32,000 nucleotides of DNA from Cuniculiplasma divulgatum (GTDB taxonomy: Archaea; Thermoplasmatota; Thermoplasmata; Thermoplasmatales; Thermoplasmataceae). Location of the stretch: contig NZ_LT671858.1 in assembly GCF_900083515.1 (NCBI RefSeq), forward strand, positions 1,770,001-1,802,000. The letters run 5' to 3'. Position numbers and translations under genes: made by a program. Position 1 is the stretch's first letter, and the number at the start of each line of letters is the position of its first letter. Positions 1 through 9,214 of the stretch are shown piece after piece. The notes beneath the pieces were generated by a model that saw only the letters and a program-made list of their open reading frames with translations, made no database searches and had not been told where the DNA came from.

Positions 1-183
1 TTATCAAGAATCCTCAAGATTCTAATGGAAAAGGGGCTAGTTAAGAGAGAGCTCATTTCGCTTCAGCCTGTTGTGGTTCTATACTCACTGACTGAATCAG
101 GAAGCGAGATAAGGCCTGTAATAGATGCACTCAGGAAATGGGGTGAAAAATACATTACCTCTGGGGAAAACACCATATATTAA
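1..183 (+). CDS. HxlR-type winged-helix transcriptional regulator, C-terminal fragment (5' end lies outside the window)
   Basis: Frame 1 is open from base 1 to the TAA at 181-183. It translates to LSRILKILMEKGLVKRELISLQPVVVLYSLTESGSEIRPVIDALRKWGEKY. The ...Y.LT..G..L.PV...L..WG pattern is typical of the HxlR wing and C-terminal helix. It is absent from the ORF track because it is truncated. Confidence 0.6.
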   Translation, partial: LSRILKILMEKGLVKRELISLQPVVVLYSLTESGSEIRPVIDALRKWGEKYITSGENTIY

Positions 184-284
184 TTTTTCTTTGAAATATT
201 CACTTACAGAATATAATTTTAAAGCTTTCTTATAATATTTATACGATGAGTAAATGCCTCATATGGTGATTACTTGGAACAACG

Positions 285-1037
285 ATGGAGGTTTTGGGCC
301 TCGACTTCAGATATGACAACGGATACAAGGTTTTCAATAACATCAACATCAAGGTGGAAAGAGGGAAATTCGCAGCCATAGTTGGTCCATCAGGGGTAGG
401 CAAATCCACACTTTTGAGGTTATTTGGCGCTTTTTTGAAGCCAGAAAGCGGTACAGTATTGCTGCATGGAAAACCTGTTTTGAGACCTACTCCATTAATT
501 TCCATGGTGCATCAGTCAATAGTTACTTTTCCATGGATGACAGCAGAAGAGAATGTGATGCTATCGCTGAAAACAAAAAATATCCCCAAAGATGAATGCA
601 AAGAACTTGCCTCTAAGGCACTGGAAATGGTTGGTCTTCAGGGATTTGAGAATCTTTATCCCAAGGAGATGAGTGGAGGAATGAGACAGAGAGTCTCTGT
701 CGCAAGATCTCTTGCTGCAGAACCAAAAGTTTTGCTTATGGATGAGCCTTTTGCACATCTCGATGAGTTGACTGCAGAGGGGTTGAGACAGGATATTTAT
801 AACATTCTATTCAATCCAGAGAGTCCGCTGGAGTGTGTTATAATGGTCTCTCACAATCTTACTGAAGTTGTTGAGCTTTCAGATACAGTGTTCGTTCTTA
901 ACAACAGTCCTGCAACGGTTGTGGGACAGATCGATATTGAGATGCCCAGACCAAGAAATAGCAGAGATCCCGTTTTCGATAATTATCTTGATACTCTATA
1001 CAGGCTACTTACAAAGAAAAAAGGGGGAACCAGGTGA
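285..1037 (+). CDS. ABC transporter ATP-binding protein, NitT/TauT (nitrate/sulfonate/taurine-type) family
   Basis: All catalytic motifs are canonical: Walker A GPSGVGKST, Q-loop MVHQS, signature MSGGMRQRVSVARSL, Walker B VLLMDEPFAHLD, H-loop VSHNL. The short 250-aa single-domain architecture is typical of SsuB/TauB-like ATPases. Confidence 0.9.
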   Translation: MEVLGLDFRYDNGYKVFNNINIKVERGKFAAIVGPSGVGKSTLLRLFGAFLKPESGTVLLHGKPVLRPTPLISMVHQSIVTFPWMTAEENVMLSLKTKNIPKDECKELASKALEMVGLQGFENLYPKEMSGGMRQRVSVARSLAAEPKVLLMDEPFAHLDELTAEGLRQDIYNILFNPESPLECVIMVSHNLTEVVELSDTVFVLNNSPATVVGQIDIEMPRPRNSRDPVFDNYLDTLYRLLTKKKGGTR

Positions 1038-2656
1038 ACGAATATATCTTCATAATACTTGCAGTTCTAGCAACTGGTGGAAGAGTTATAGGATTGATTT
1101 TACTTTCAATTCTTTCAGGGTGGCTTCTTGCGTATGCGGCCATCAAAAGCAAAATATTTGAAAATTTATTTATTTCGTTTATCGAGGTATTTGAGAGTGT
1201 TCCAGTAATTTCATTTTTTCCAATCGTACTTATAATATTTGTTGACAGGATAGGTGGCCCTCTTGGGGTTGAATTTGCGGCTGATTTTCTTGTATTTACA
1301 GCAGTTGTGTGGAATATATGGATGGGACAGTATCAGGCATATAAGACCATTCCCAGTGAAATGGTAGAGGTGACTGAAAATTATAATTTTAGCCTATGGA
1401 TGAAGCTCAGGAATGTGTATATACCATTCTCAATACCCAGAATTGTAGCAAATCTATTTCCAAGTATATCTGATGGTTTTTTTTATATAACAGTAAGTGA
1501 GGTATTTACCATAGGTATAACATCATACAGCACCTTTGGGGTTGGCAGTCCTATAGACAAATTTGCTGCCGATGGGAATTTCAGGATGTTAATAGTAACA
1601 TTTCTAGCCCTTGGGATTTTCGTAATTCTACTCATAGAATTAGTAAGGAGGATAGGGAATCACGCAGTTGCAAAATATACGATTGATACAGATTCACCTA
1701 TTATTAAAAGGGGTAAAGCCAGAATAAGGCAGACTTCAAGATTTTCTGCCATTGTTTCCCAGAACACCCTTGGAAAACTTGCCTCTTATACAAGAGTCAG
1801 GAAAGGACCAGAGGATTTGGAAGAGCTTTATTCTAAAGAAAAAAAGAATGGAAAAATTGGCATAATTGCCGGTGTTATAGTTCTTGCTATTTTTGCATAT
1901 ATTATGTATTCAATCATAATTTTTGTAATGTCTGTAAGTGGTTCTGAATGGTCATACCTTTTCTCACAAACACCGTCACTACTTTATGGATTGCTAATTG
2001 ATTACATAAGAGTACTAATAATAACAGGAGCTTCCATTGCCTTTGCTTTCACACTTGGTTATCTGCTTGCAACAAGAAGGAAGGCGGAAGCAGTGGGAGT
2101 ACCAATAATACAAACGTTCAGTTCTTATCCAGTTCCTGCCTACTTTCCCTTCATATTCCTTGGTATATATCCTATATTTGCTTCTGTTTTAGGAAGTCAG
2201 GCAGAGGAGGGAATTGTTCTTCTTCTGGGATTCATAGCAACCTTCTATTATGTGTTTTACAGTTTCTGGATGGGTATCAAGGCAATGCCAGCCGAATATA
2301 ACGAGATAATGAAGAATCTGGACATGGGCTTCTTCAAGAAGATGAGATACGTGATTATACCCTCTACCTTTCCCTATCTTATCTCAGGTATTTCATCTAC
2401 CATTAACAGCGCCTGGGGTGGCCTGGAAATAGGCGAATACTGGCCAGATATTGCCGGTGGAAAGACTCTTGAGATCCATACAGGGCTTATGAAAACAATT
2501 GACGTCGCAACAAGAAGTGGAAATATTGCCCTTGCGGGCTGGGCATCATTTCTGTTTGCGATTATAGTTGCAGTATATTCCATACTGTTTACAAGGAAAA
2601 TGATGGATCTTGCCAGAAAAAAATATGTTGCAGAGGAGGGCATTTACAGTGTTTAA
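1034..2656 (+). CDS. ABC transporter permease with an internally duplicated (two-module) permease domain, NitT/TauT-like
   Basis: The GTG start overlaps the ATPase stop by 4 nt (GTGA). The 540-aa polytopic membrane protein contains two copies of the cytoplasmic-loop motif: ENYNFSLWMKLRNVYIPFSIPRI and EIMKNLDMGFFKKMRYVIIPSTFPYLISG. This matches the duplicated anion-transport permease architecture. Confidence 0.8.
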   Translation: MNEYIFIILAVLATGGRVIGLILLSILSGWLLAYAAIKSKIFENLFISFIEVFESVPVISFFPIVLIIFVDRIGGPLGVEFAADFLVFTAVVWNIWMGQYQAYKTIPSEMVEVTENYNFSLWMKLRNVYIPFSIPRIVANLFPSISDGFFYITVSEVFTIGITSYSTFGVGSPIDKFAADGNFRMLIVTFLALGIFVILLIELVRRIGNHAVAKYTIDTDSPIIKRGKARIRQTSRFSAIVSQNTLGKLASYTRVRKGPEDLEELYSKEKKNGKIGIIAGVIVLAIFAYIMYSIIIFVMSVSGSEWSYLFSQTPSLLYGLLIDYIRVLIITGASIAFAFTLGYLLATRRKAEAVGVPIIQTFSSYPVPAYFPFIFLGIYPIFASVLGSQAEEGIVLLLGFIATFYYVFYSFWMGIKAMPAEYNEIMKNLDMGFFKKMRYVIIPSTFPYLISGISSTINSAWGGLEIGEYWPDIAGGKTLEIHTGLMKTIDVATRSGNIALAGWASFLFAIIVAVYSILFTRKMMDLARKKYVAEEGIYSV

Positions 2657-3120
2657 GCAAGAGCCTGAAAACCATCATCGTCTTTTTTTATTAACCCAGA
2701 ATAAACTCCCCATTCAATGAGCGTTATTTCAAGATTATGCAAACCAGATGGATTGTTATACTTTTGAATCCCGTTCTTCTCTAATTCTTCCATTATATCA
2801 TCCAGTTCAAACTTTACGAGCCGGAGTGCTGTTACAAATGGCTCCATTGTTATAAGTGATGCTTTTAGAATACTCTTTCTTATCTTTGGTCCAGAAACAA
2901 GAAAAGTCTTTCCCTTATCAGTTATCCAAATATCTCCCTGGTCCGTTCCAACGAAACCAAGATTTGCAGCGGTATATACAATTGGCATTAAATCATCAAT
3001 ATCAACTTCCATCTCTTTTTCAAGTTCAAAAAGATCTGTCCTGTCGTCAAACAAATGGTTCAGCACGTGAAGCAATCCTACCAAGTCTGCAATCCTTGCA
3101 TCAGGGTCTACAGTTTCCAA
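2653..3120 (-). CDS. Stand-alone AAA-associated C-terminal domain protein (AAA_assoc_C-like), normally fused or adjacent to NitT/TauT ABC ATPases
   Basis: The pattern DLFELEKEMEVDIDDLMPIVYTAANLGFV...GDIWITDKGKTF...RKSIL...LIEWGVYSGLI matches my recollection of the AAA_assoc_C family consensus (DLF.L...diDDLlPiv.aa.lLGf...GD..lT..G...RK...WG.Y). It is convergent with the permease, and the two stop codons overlap. Confidence 0.7.
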   Translation of the reverse strand: METVDPDARIADLVGLLHVLNHLFDDRTDLFELEKEMEVDIDDLMPIVYTAANLGFVGTDQGDIWITDKGKTFLVSGPKIRKSILKASLITMEPFVTALRLVKFELDDIMEELEKNGIQKYNNPSGLHNLEITLIEWGVYSGLIKKDDDGFQALA

Positions 3121-3300
3121 TTTCTATCATCTCTTTAGTATTTTCAGGTTATTAAGTTTTAACTCGCTCTTTATTTTTTAAATTACATATCAATTAATAT
3201 AATGGACATAATCCTTTTTAACTATATAGTTTATCTAGAAAAGCTTTTTGAATAAATTATATTTACACAAACCTTATTTATTCTTAAATACTGTAAAATC

Positions 3301-4905
3301 ATGGCAATCAGGGCAGTTCTAATAAGGCCAAGTAATAAAACAGGAAGTGCCTATTTGACAAAGTGGGGTTTTCTTCCAGCCCCACTCGGACTTCTTGCTC
3401 TGGCTGGCGAAATACTAAGGATTAATAACAGTAATGTTAAGATAATAGATATGGAGGGGGACAATCTATCTCTGGATCAGGCAATCGATCTTGCAGTTGA
3501 ATACAGGCCAGATCTTGTAGGAATTACCCTTCATGCAACAGCCGCACACAATAATGCAGGTTATCTTGCGAGAGAAATCAAGAAAAGACTTCCTTCAACT
3601 ATTCTGGTAGCGGGAGGACATCACGCAACATTTTTACCGTATGAAGTCCTGAGATCAGGTTTTGACATATCGGTACTTGGAGAGGGCGATGAGACCATAT
3701 ATGATATCAGTAATGCCATAGTAAATGGGACGAGTATGCTTAAGATTCCGGGAATAGTGGTTCGGGATGGAGACAAATTTGTTAGAACAGCACCAAGAAA
3801 ATTGATCCATGACCTGGATTCTTTGCCAATGCCCCCGCTTGAACTTCTGGATGCGTCAAAGTATACTTTTAAAGTGTTTGGAAAAAACGAAAAGGTCATG
3901 TGCCTTGAAACTTCAAGAGGATGCCCATATGGGTGCGATTTCTGTTCTGTTACCCCAACATGGGGTAACACATGGAGAAATAAATCGAATGGAAGAATAC
4001 TCATGGAAATGGAAAGGGCTAAAGAGGCAGGATATGACTGGATTTTTTTCACTGATGATATCTTTATAGTTGAACCTAATGTTAAACACAGGGAAAGCCT
4101 ATTTAACAGTATTCTGGAAAGAGGACTTGAGACAAAATGGATTGTACAGATGAGGGCAGATGTAACCGCGAGACATCCGGACCTCATACAAAAGGCTGCC
4201 AGAGCAGGTATGACCATATCATTCCTTGGAGTTGAATCAGGAAGTCCTGAAGTTTTAAAGAAGATGCATAAGGGTGAATTCACACCCCAGTCAGTAGAGG
4301 CGGTAAAAATTTTATCATCAAATGATATAATTGTACTTATTGGTTTGATGATTGGTGCACCATATGAGAGAATTCGAGACGCACTGACTACTGTAAAATT
4401 CTCCAGAGAACTGGCAAGGGCAGGTGCTGATGCAGTGCAATTTTCAATATATACCCCCCTTCCCGGAACAAGAATTTTTAATGAAGCCCTTAAGGATAGT
4501 TCACTGTTTACCCTGGACTGGGACAGGTATGATGTATTAACCCCGGTAATGAAGACAAGGGTTGGGCCAGTGTTTGATCAGATACTTCAATTTTATGCCT
4601 CTTATTCATTTTATATATACAAGTTCATAAGGGGAAAAATTAAGGGTATAATACTCACTAAGAAAAAAGGTATCCTTATAGAAACAGGAACGAAATTTAT
4701 AATGAAAATGATGCCAGAGTATCTTAAGGACATAAAAAACTTTCCAAGATTTCTTTTCAGGACTTATGACATGTACAAAGAAGCAGTAAAAAATGGATTT
4801 ATATCTCAAAAGGATCAGGATGAAATATCAGGTGATTCTGGAAAGATAATTTATGATTTGGAAAATGGCAGAAATCCGTACTTCTTAATAAAAAAGGAGA
4901 GCTAG
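3301..4905 (+). CDS. Class B (cobalamin-binding domain) radical SAM enzyme
   Basis: The N-terminal B12-binding-like Rossmann region reads DLVGITLHATAAHNNAG...ILVAGGHHATFLPYEVL. It is followed by the radical SAM cluster motif SRGCPYGCDFCSV (CxxxCxxC) and TIM-barrel region (GVESGSPEVLKKM). There is a lysine-rich C-terminal extension of roughly 100 aa. Confidence 0.85.
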   Translation: MAIRAVLIRPSNKTGSAYLTKWGFLPAPLGLLALAGEILRINNSNVKIIDMEGDNLSLDQAIDLAVEYRPDLVGITLHATAAHNNAGYLAREIKKRLPSTILVAGGHHATFLPYEVLRSGFDISVLGEGDETIYDISNAIVNGTSMLKIPGIVVRDGDKFVRTAPRKLIHDLDSLPMPPLELLDASKYTFKVFGKNEKVMCLETSRGCPYGCDFCSVTPTWGNTWRNKSNGRILMEMERAKEAGYDWIFFTDDIFIVEPNVKHRESLFNSILERGLETKWIVQMRADVTARHPDLIQKAARAGMTISFLGVESGSPEVLKKMHKGEFTPQSVEAVKILSSNDIIVLIGLMIGAPYERIRDALTTVKFSRELARAGADAVQFSIYTPLPGTRIFNEALKDSSLFTLDWDRYDVLTPVMKTRVGPVFDQILQFYASYSFYIYKFIRGKIKGIILTKKKGILIETGTKFIMKMMPEYLKDIKNFPRFLFRTYDMYKEAVKNGFISQKDQDEISGDSGKIIYDLENGRNPYFLIKKES

Positions 4906-5003
4906 GAAATTCTGATTCACTTTTTATCTTTTAAGTATTAATTTGATACAAATTATAGTTTGATTTTATTACAATAACCGAATAAACTATTAAGCTTAAA
5001 CTA

Positions 5004-6836
5004 TTGAACGGTGATATGACAGAAGCTTCGGATAATAAGGGGGAACTGGAAAGACATCTTACCTTTAAGGATGTCTTTTTTCTCTCATTCGGTGGTATGT
5101 CACCACTCTTAAGTATACTGACTTACGGTGCTTTTGCAATTACTCTTGCAGGATATGATGCACCACTTGTAATGATAATTGGTACCTTACTTGTTCTTGT
5201 TAATGGACTGTCAGTCACTCAGCTTTCAAAGCGATTTTCAACATCTGGTGGTTATTATACATATGCTTTTCAGGCTCTTTCGGCAAGAATAGGGTTTGAT
5301 ACCGGATGGATGTACATGTTTTATTCTGTTCTATATGGACTGGCTTATCTCGTTGGAGGTCTATTCATTATAACTACCGTTCTTGGAATATCAACATACA
5401 TTGCATTTTTGATAATCATGGTCCCATCAATTACTTTCCTTATTATTGGAGTTACAATGTCTGCAAGGTATGCAATATTTGCAGTAATTATAGAAATAGG
5501 GTTAATGCTTTCCATTGCGTTTTATTCCTTTTTCGTAACCAAGGGAACTGCCTATATACCAAATCCAGTGGTGTATCCAATATCAGGAGGTGACTTTGTA
5601 CTTGGAATACTTTTTGCGATGGGGATTCCAACCGGCTATGGTTCCATTGCCCCGGTCTCTGGAGAAATAAAGAACCCAAAGAAAGTTGTTGGAAGGAGCG
5701 TGATCACTGTGATACTTGTAGGTGGATCACTGGCAACATTTATGATTTATGCAATTGCAAATCTGATTCTTCAGAATCACATAACAATACCAGTAGCTGA
5801 TAAATTGCCAGTTATAGGTATTATTCAGCATGACTTTGGAGGTGCTGGAAGATTTTTCTACTATGCTGTTGCCATTGCAACCATTAACGATTCTATACTG
5901 GCGATCCTCTCCTTTGGTACTGCTGCCATAAGAACTCTCTTTAGAATGGGTTATGACAGAACATTACCAAGTGTATTTGCACATAAGGTCAAGGAAAAAC
6001 CAATGTTTGCAACACTCTTTATTAGTGGAATTCTGGTTATTCTCCCATTGATAATCTTAAACTATATTTCGGCCGAAACCGCATTCATTATACTTGGAAC
6101 AATTTCAGCACTAGGAGGTCTTTTTATTCATGTAAGTGCCAATTTTTCACTGTTAAGAATTGGTCTAAGGAAGGGGAGAAGGCTGATGATTCGTGCTAAG
6201 AAAACCTTTTTTACAACTCTTTCAGATTTTAAAGAATTTTTCCTGGCACTTACGGGAGCTGTTATCAGCTCAATTGTACTTATATATTCGGCATATTCAA
6301 CAGTTCCTGTTTATACAACAGTCTTTCTTGTTTGGATTGTGATAGGATTCATCCTGTCTGAAGTAAAGGGTATAATTGGAAAGACGCCAAATGATGTGGA
6401 TATAAGTAAGGAAGGAATAATAGTTGCTCAGAATCTAATGAATGTTTCTGTCTCCGATATGATAAACCCGCTTAAGGAGGCAATTGTATCAATAAATGAC
6501 TCGTTGAAGGATGTACTCAATGGATTGCTATCGAAGAATCTCCCGGGTGCAATAGTTGTGGATAGCCAGAAAAGACCAATAGGCAAACTTGAAGTTGTTA
6601 ATCTTCTGCTGCTTCCAAAATCAAGTATTGAAAATGGTAAAGTCAGGCAAATCCATCTGGAGAGAAGTGTGAACATAAATGAGCGAGAGAATGTGGCAGA
6701 TGCAGTGAGAGTTCTCAAGGAAAACAATGTCAATATCCTAACAGTAGTTGATCAAAGTGGAATGGCAAAGGGCGTTATTAATGAACGAGACGTGCTTGCA
6801 AAATTAAGTGAGATTGATAAACTGGATATAGTTTGA
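5004..6836 (+). CDS. APC-superfamily amino acid/polyamine permease fused to a C-terminal CBS-domain pair
   Basis: About 12 or more hydrophobic helices follow an N-terminal FKDVFFLSFGGMSP motif typical of APC permeases. The C-terminal ~140 aa reads as two CBS-like repeats (GAIVVDSQKRPIGKLEVVNLL and NILTVVDQSGMAKGVINERDVL). The track start is TTG at 5004, and the in-frame ATG at 5016 is an equally plausible start. Confidence 0.85.
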   Translation: MNGDMTEASDNKGELERHLTFKDVFFLSFGGMSPLLSILTYGAFAITLAGYDAPLVMIIGTLLVLVNGLSVTQLSKRFSTSGGYYTYAFQALSARIGFDTGWMYMFYSVLYGLAYLVGGLFIITTVLGISTYIAFLIIMVPSITFLIIGVTMSARYAIFAVIIEIGLMLSIAFYSFFVTKGTAYIPNPVVYPISGGDFVLGILFAMGIPTGYGSIAPVSGEIKNPKKVVGRSVITVILVGGSLATFMIYAIANLILQNHITIPVADKLPVIGIIQHDFGGAGRFFYYAVAIATINDSILAILSFGTAAIRTLFRMGYDRTLPSVFAHKVKEKPMFATLFISGILVILPLIILNYISAETAFIILGTISALGGLFIHVSANFSLLRIGLRKGRRLMIRAKKTFFTTLSDFKEFFLALTGAVISSIVLIYSAYSTVPVYTTVFLVWIVIGFILSEVKGIIGKTPNDVDISKEGIIVAQNLMNVSVSDMINPLKEAIVSINDSLKDVLNGLLSKNLPGAIVVDSQKRPIGKLEVVNLLLLPKSSIENGKVRQIHLERSVNINERENVADAVRVLKENNVNILTVVDQSGMAKGVINERDVLAKLSEIDKLDIV

Positions 6837-6967
6837 TGTCGTAGAATTATTATCCGGTACCATGTTAGTTGAAACCATGAATTGGCCTGTTGGTGGATAA
6901 GCCAAAAAAACAGAAAACGCTTTAGATTTTATAGATACATTTATTTTTCTCTTTGACATAAAAAGGC

Positions 6968-7789
6968 ATGACTGATGAGAATGGAAAAGATGTTGGAACT
7001 CATGGCATTAACATAAACCTGAATGGAAAGATTGCCCTTGTAACAGGTTCTAGTTCTGGACTGGGAATGGAAATTGCAAGATATATGGCAAAAGCAGGAG
7101 CAACGGTTGCAATTCACTATCGTAAGGAAGTGGAACCTGCTACTAATCTGGCAGATGATATAAACAAAAGTGGTGGAAAGGCTGCCATATTTGGCGGAGA
7201 TGTTTCAAAGCGAAGTGATGTCGAAAAGATATTTAGTGATATAGACAAGAAATTTGGACCAGTAGACATACTGGTGAATAATGCAGGTATTGATGGGAAA
7301 AGGGAACTGTGCGGTGATGACGATCCTGATGATTGGGAAAGAGTTATCTCTATCAACCTTCTGGGTCCTTACTACTGCTCCAGAGAAGCAGTCAGGAGGA
7401 TGAAGAAATCTGGCCACGGAGTTATTGTCAACATAACTTCAGTTCACGAATTTGTTCCCTGGTCCGGATATACCGCATACAGCAGTGCAAAGGCTGGACT
7501 GTCGATGTTCACCAAAACTCTAGCACAGGAAGTCTCTGAGTCGGGAATAAGGGTAGTAGCTGTGGCCCCCGGTGCAATCAAAACCCCAATAAACAAGGAT
7601 GTGTGGAGCAATCCTGAAACATATAAGGATCTGCTGACCAAAATAGCAATGCCAAGAATGGGAGAAACTAAAGATATTGCAGAGGCGGTCACTTTTCTTG
7701 CCAGTGATTATGCTTCGTATATAACTGGAACTACTCTTGTGGTGGATGGGGGGATGCTTTTATATCCTGCGTTTAAACATGGTGGATGA
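6968..7789 (+). CDS. Short-chain dehydrogenase/reductase (glucose-1-dehydrogenase / 3-oxoacyl-ACP reductase-like)
   Basis: Cofactor motif TGSSSGLGMEIA, NNAG motif, catalytic S...YSSAKAG (YxxxK) and a PGAIKTP segment. Confidence 0.9.
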   Translation: MTDENGKDVGTHGININLNGKIALVTGSSSGLGMEIARYMAKAGATVAIHYRKEVEPATNLADDINKSGGKAAIFGGDVSKRSDVEKIFSDIDKKFGPVDILVNNAGIDGKRELCGDDDPDDWERVISINLLGPYYCSREAVRRMKKSGHGVIVNITSVHEFVPWSGYTAYSSAKAGLSMFTKTLAQEVSESGIRVVAVAPGAIKTPINKDVWSNPETYKDLLTKIAMPRMGETKDIAEAVTFLASDYASYITGTTLVVDGGMLLYPAFKHGG

Positions 7790-8056
7790 TAGTTTACAGT
7801 ATTTACGACTAAAAGAGGTAACTTCCAGTATTAGTGATACTCATTCCCCTTTCGGGTATTAAATGGACATCAATTTAATATTATAAATTCACCAGATCCG
7901 ATCCTTTAACTTGAGAAATAAGGATTCACTCTTGCAAATGTTGTGAAGAAAGGGTTACTATAATTTTATAATCCACACAAAAATTGTGTTAGATTTGAAC
8001 TATTTAAGCAAATCTCTTAGATATAAATTATTATAATTACTGGTTATTGTTATATT

Positions 8057-9214
8057 ATGAAAACGGTAGTTATAGTAGGGGGCGGTAGCGGTGGAATGAG
8101 CACAGCCAACCATCTTGCCTATAAGTTGAGAGATAATATTAAGAATGGAGATGTAAAAGTTGTATTATTTGATGGAAGCGGGCAGCATTATTATCAGCCA
8201 GGATTCCTTGAAATACCTTTCGATATGATGGCGCCAGCATCAACATACAAGCCTATGTTGAGATTAGCGGCAGAGGGTGTAACTATTATTCAGGAGTTTG
8301 TAACTGAAGTGGATCTGAAAAACAGCGTGGTGAAATCAGAAAAACAGAAAATAAACTACGATTATATAGTTATAGCAACAGGTGCAAGATATGATTATGA
8401 TTCCATACCTGGTCTCAGAGAAGGAACAGATAATTTTTATAGTCTAGAAAATGCGATATCACTGAAAAAGAAGTTAAACAGCTATAAGGGTGGGAAAATT
8501 GTTGTTGGGGTTTCTTCAATGCCTTACAAATGCACTCCAGCACCATTGGAAGCTGTTTTCATGTTAAATGACTATTTTACCAGGAGAGGAATGAGGGATA
8601 AGGTTGAAATTGAGTACACCTACCCAATGCCAATGGCCTTTCCTAACAAGGAGATATCAGATATTTCTCTGAAGATGTTTGAAGAGAAAGGAATAAAGAG
8701 TAGTCTCGGATTCCAGCTAAAGTCTGTTGATGCTAATGCAAGAGAGCTTATATCACAGAATGGAGAGAAGATATCTTACGATCTGGCTCTTATTGTTCCA
8801 CCACACAAGGGAAACAAACTTATGGAAAATTCTGAGGTAGTGGACAAGATGGGATGGATAAATGTAGACGGATTTACACTAAATATAAAGGGATATGAAA
8901 ATGCATTCGCAATTGGTGATTCTACAAACCTACAGGTTTCTAAGGCCGGCTCGGTTGCAGATGCAGAAGCGGTTGTTGTTTCTGAAAGGATTGCACAGTC
9001 ACTGAGAGGAGAAGAGCCTATTACTACATATGATGGTACTGGAGGGGCCCTCATGCTCACAGGTATTGGAAAAGCTTCAATGATAAATTCTGACTATACG
9101 CACAAACCCATAATGCAACCTGAAAGTTACTCGTTCTATTGGTTGAAGCTTATCTATAACAATTTGTACTGGAACATGACTGCAAGACCAGTTCTTAGTG
9201 GGGTGATTCCATGA
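8057..9214 (+). CDS. FAD-dependent pyridine nucleotide-disulfide oxidoreductase, sulfide:quinone oxidoreductase (SQR)/NDH-2-like
   Basis: N-terminal dinucleotide fold VVIVGGGSGGMSTA, IVIATGA, the SQR-like YKCTPAPLE motif and GD(S/A) (AIGDSTN) near the C-terminus. The whole protein contains only one cysteine. Confidence 0.8.
   Translation: MKTVVIVGGGSGGMSTANHLAYKLRDNIKNGDVKVVLFDGSGQHYYQPGFLEIPFDMMAPASTYKPMLRLAAEGVTIIQEFVTEVDLKNSVVKSEKQKINYDYIVIATGARYDYDSIPGLREGTDNFYSLENAISLKKKLNSYKGGKIVVGVSSMPYKCTPAPLEAVFMLNDYFTRRGMRDKVEIEYTYPMPMAFPNKEISDISLKMFEEKGIKSSLGFQLKSVDANARELISQNGEKISYDLALIVPPHKGNKLMENSEVVDKMGWINVDGFTLNIKGYENAFAIGDSTNLQVSKAGSVADAEAVVVSERIAQSLRGEEPITTYDGTGGALMLTGIGKASMINSDYTHKPIMQPESYSFYWLKLIYNNLYWNMTARPVLSGVIP

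Noticed and set aside
3121-3300. Searched the radical SAM flanks (also 4906-5003) for a RiPP precursor-peptide ORF
   Set aside because: Only 7-8 codon ORFs occur in 3121-3300, and 4906-5003 has no plus-strand ATG at all. There is no support for a peptide-modification cluster.
3621-4283. 220-aa ORF antisense to the radical SAM gene
   Set aside because: It lies entirely inside a motif-rich gene on the other strand. Its translation is low-complexity (S/L/P-rich) with no recognisable motif, which is typical of a shadow ORF.
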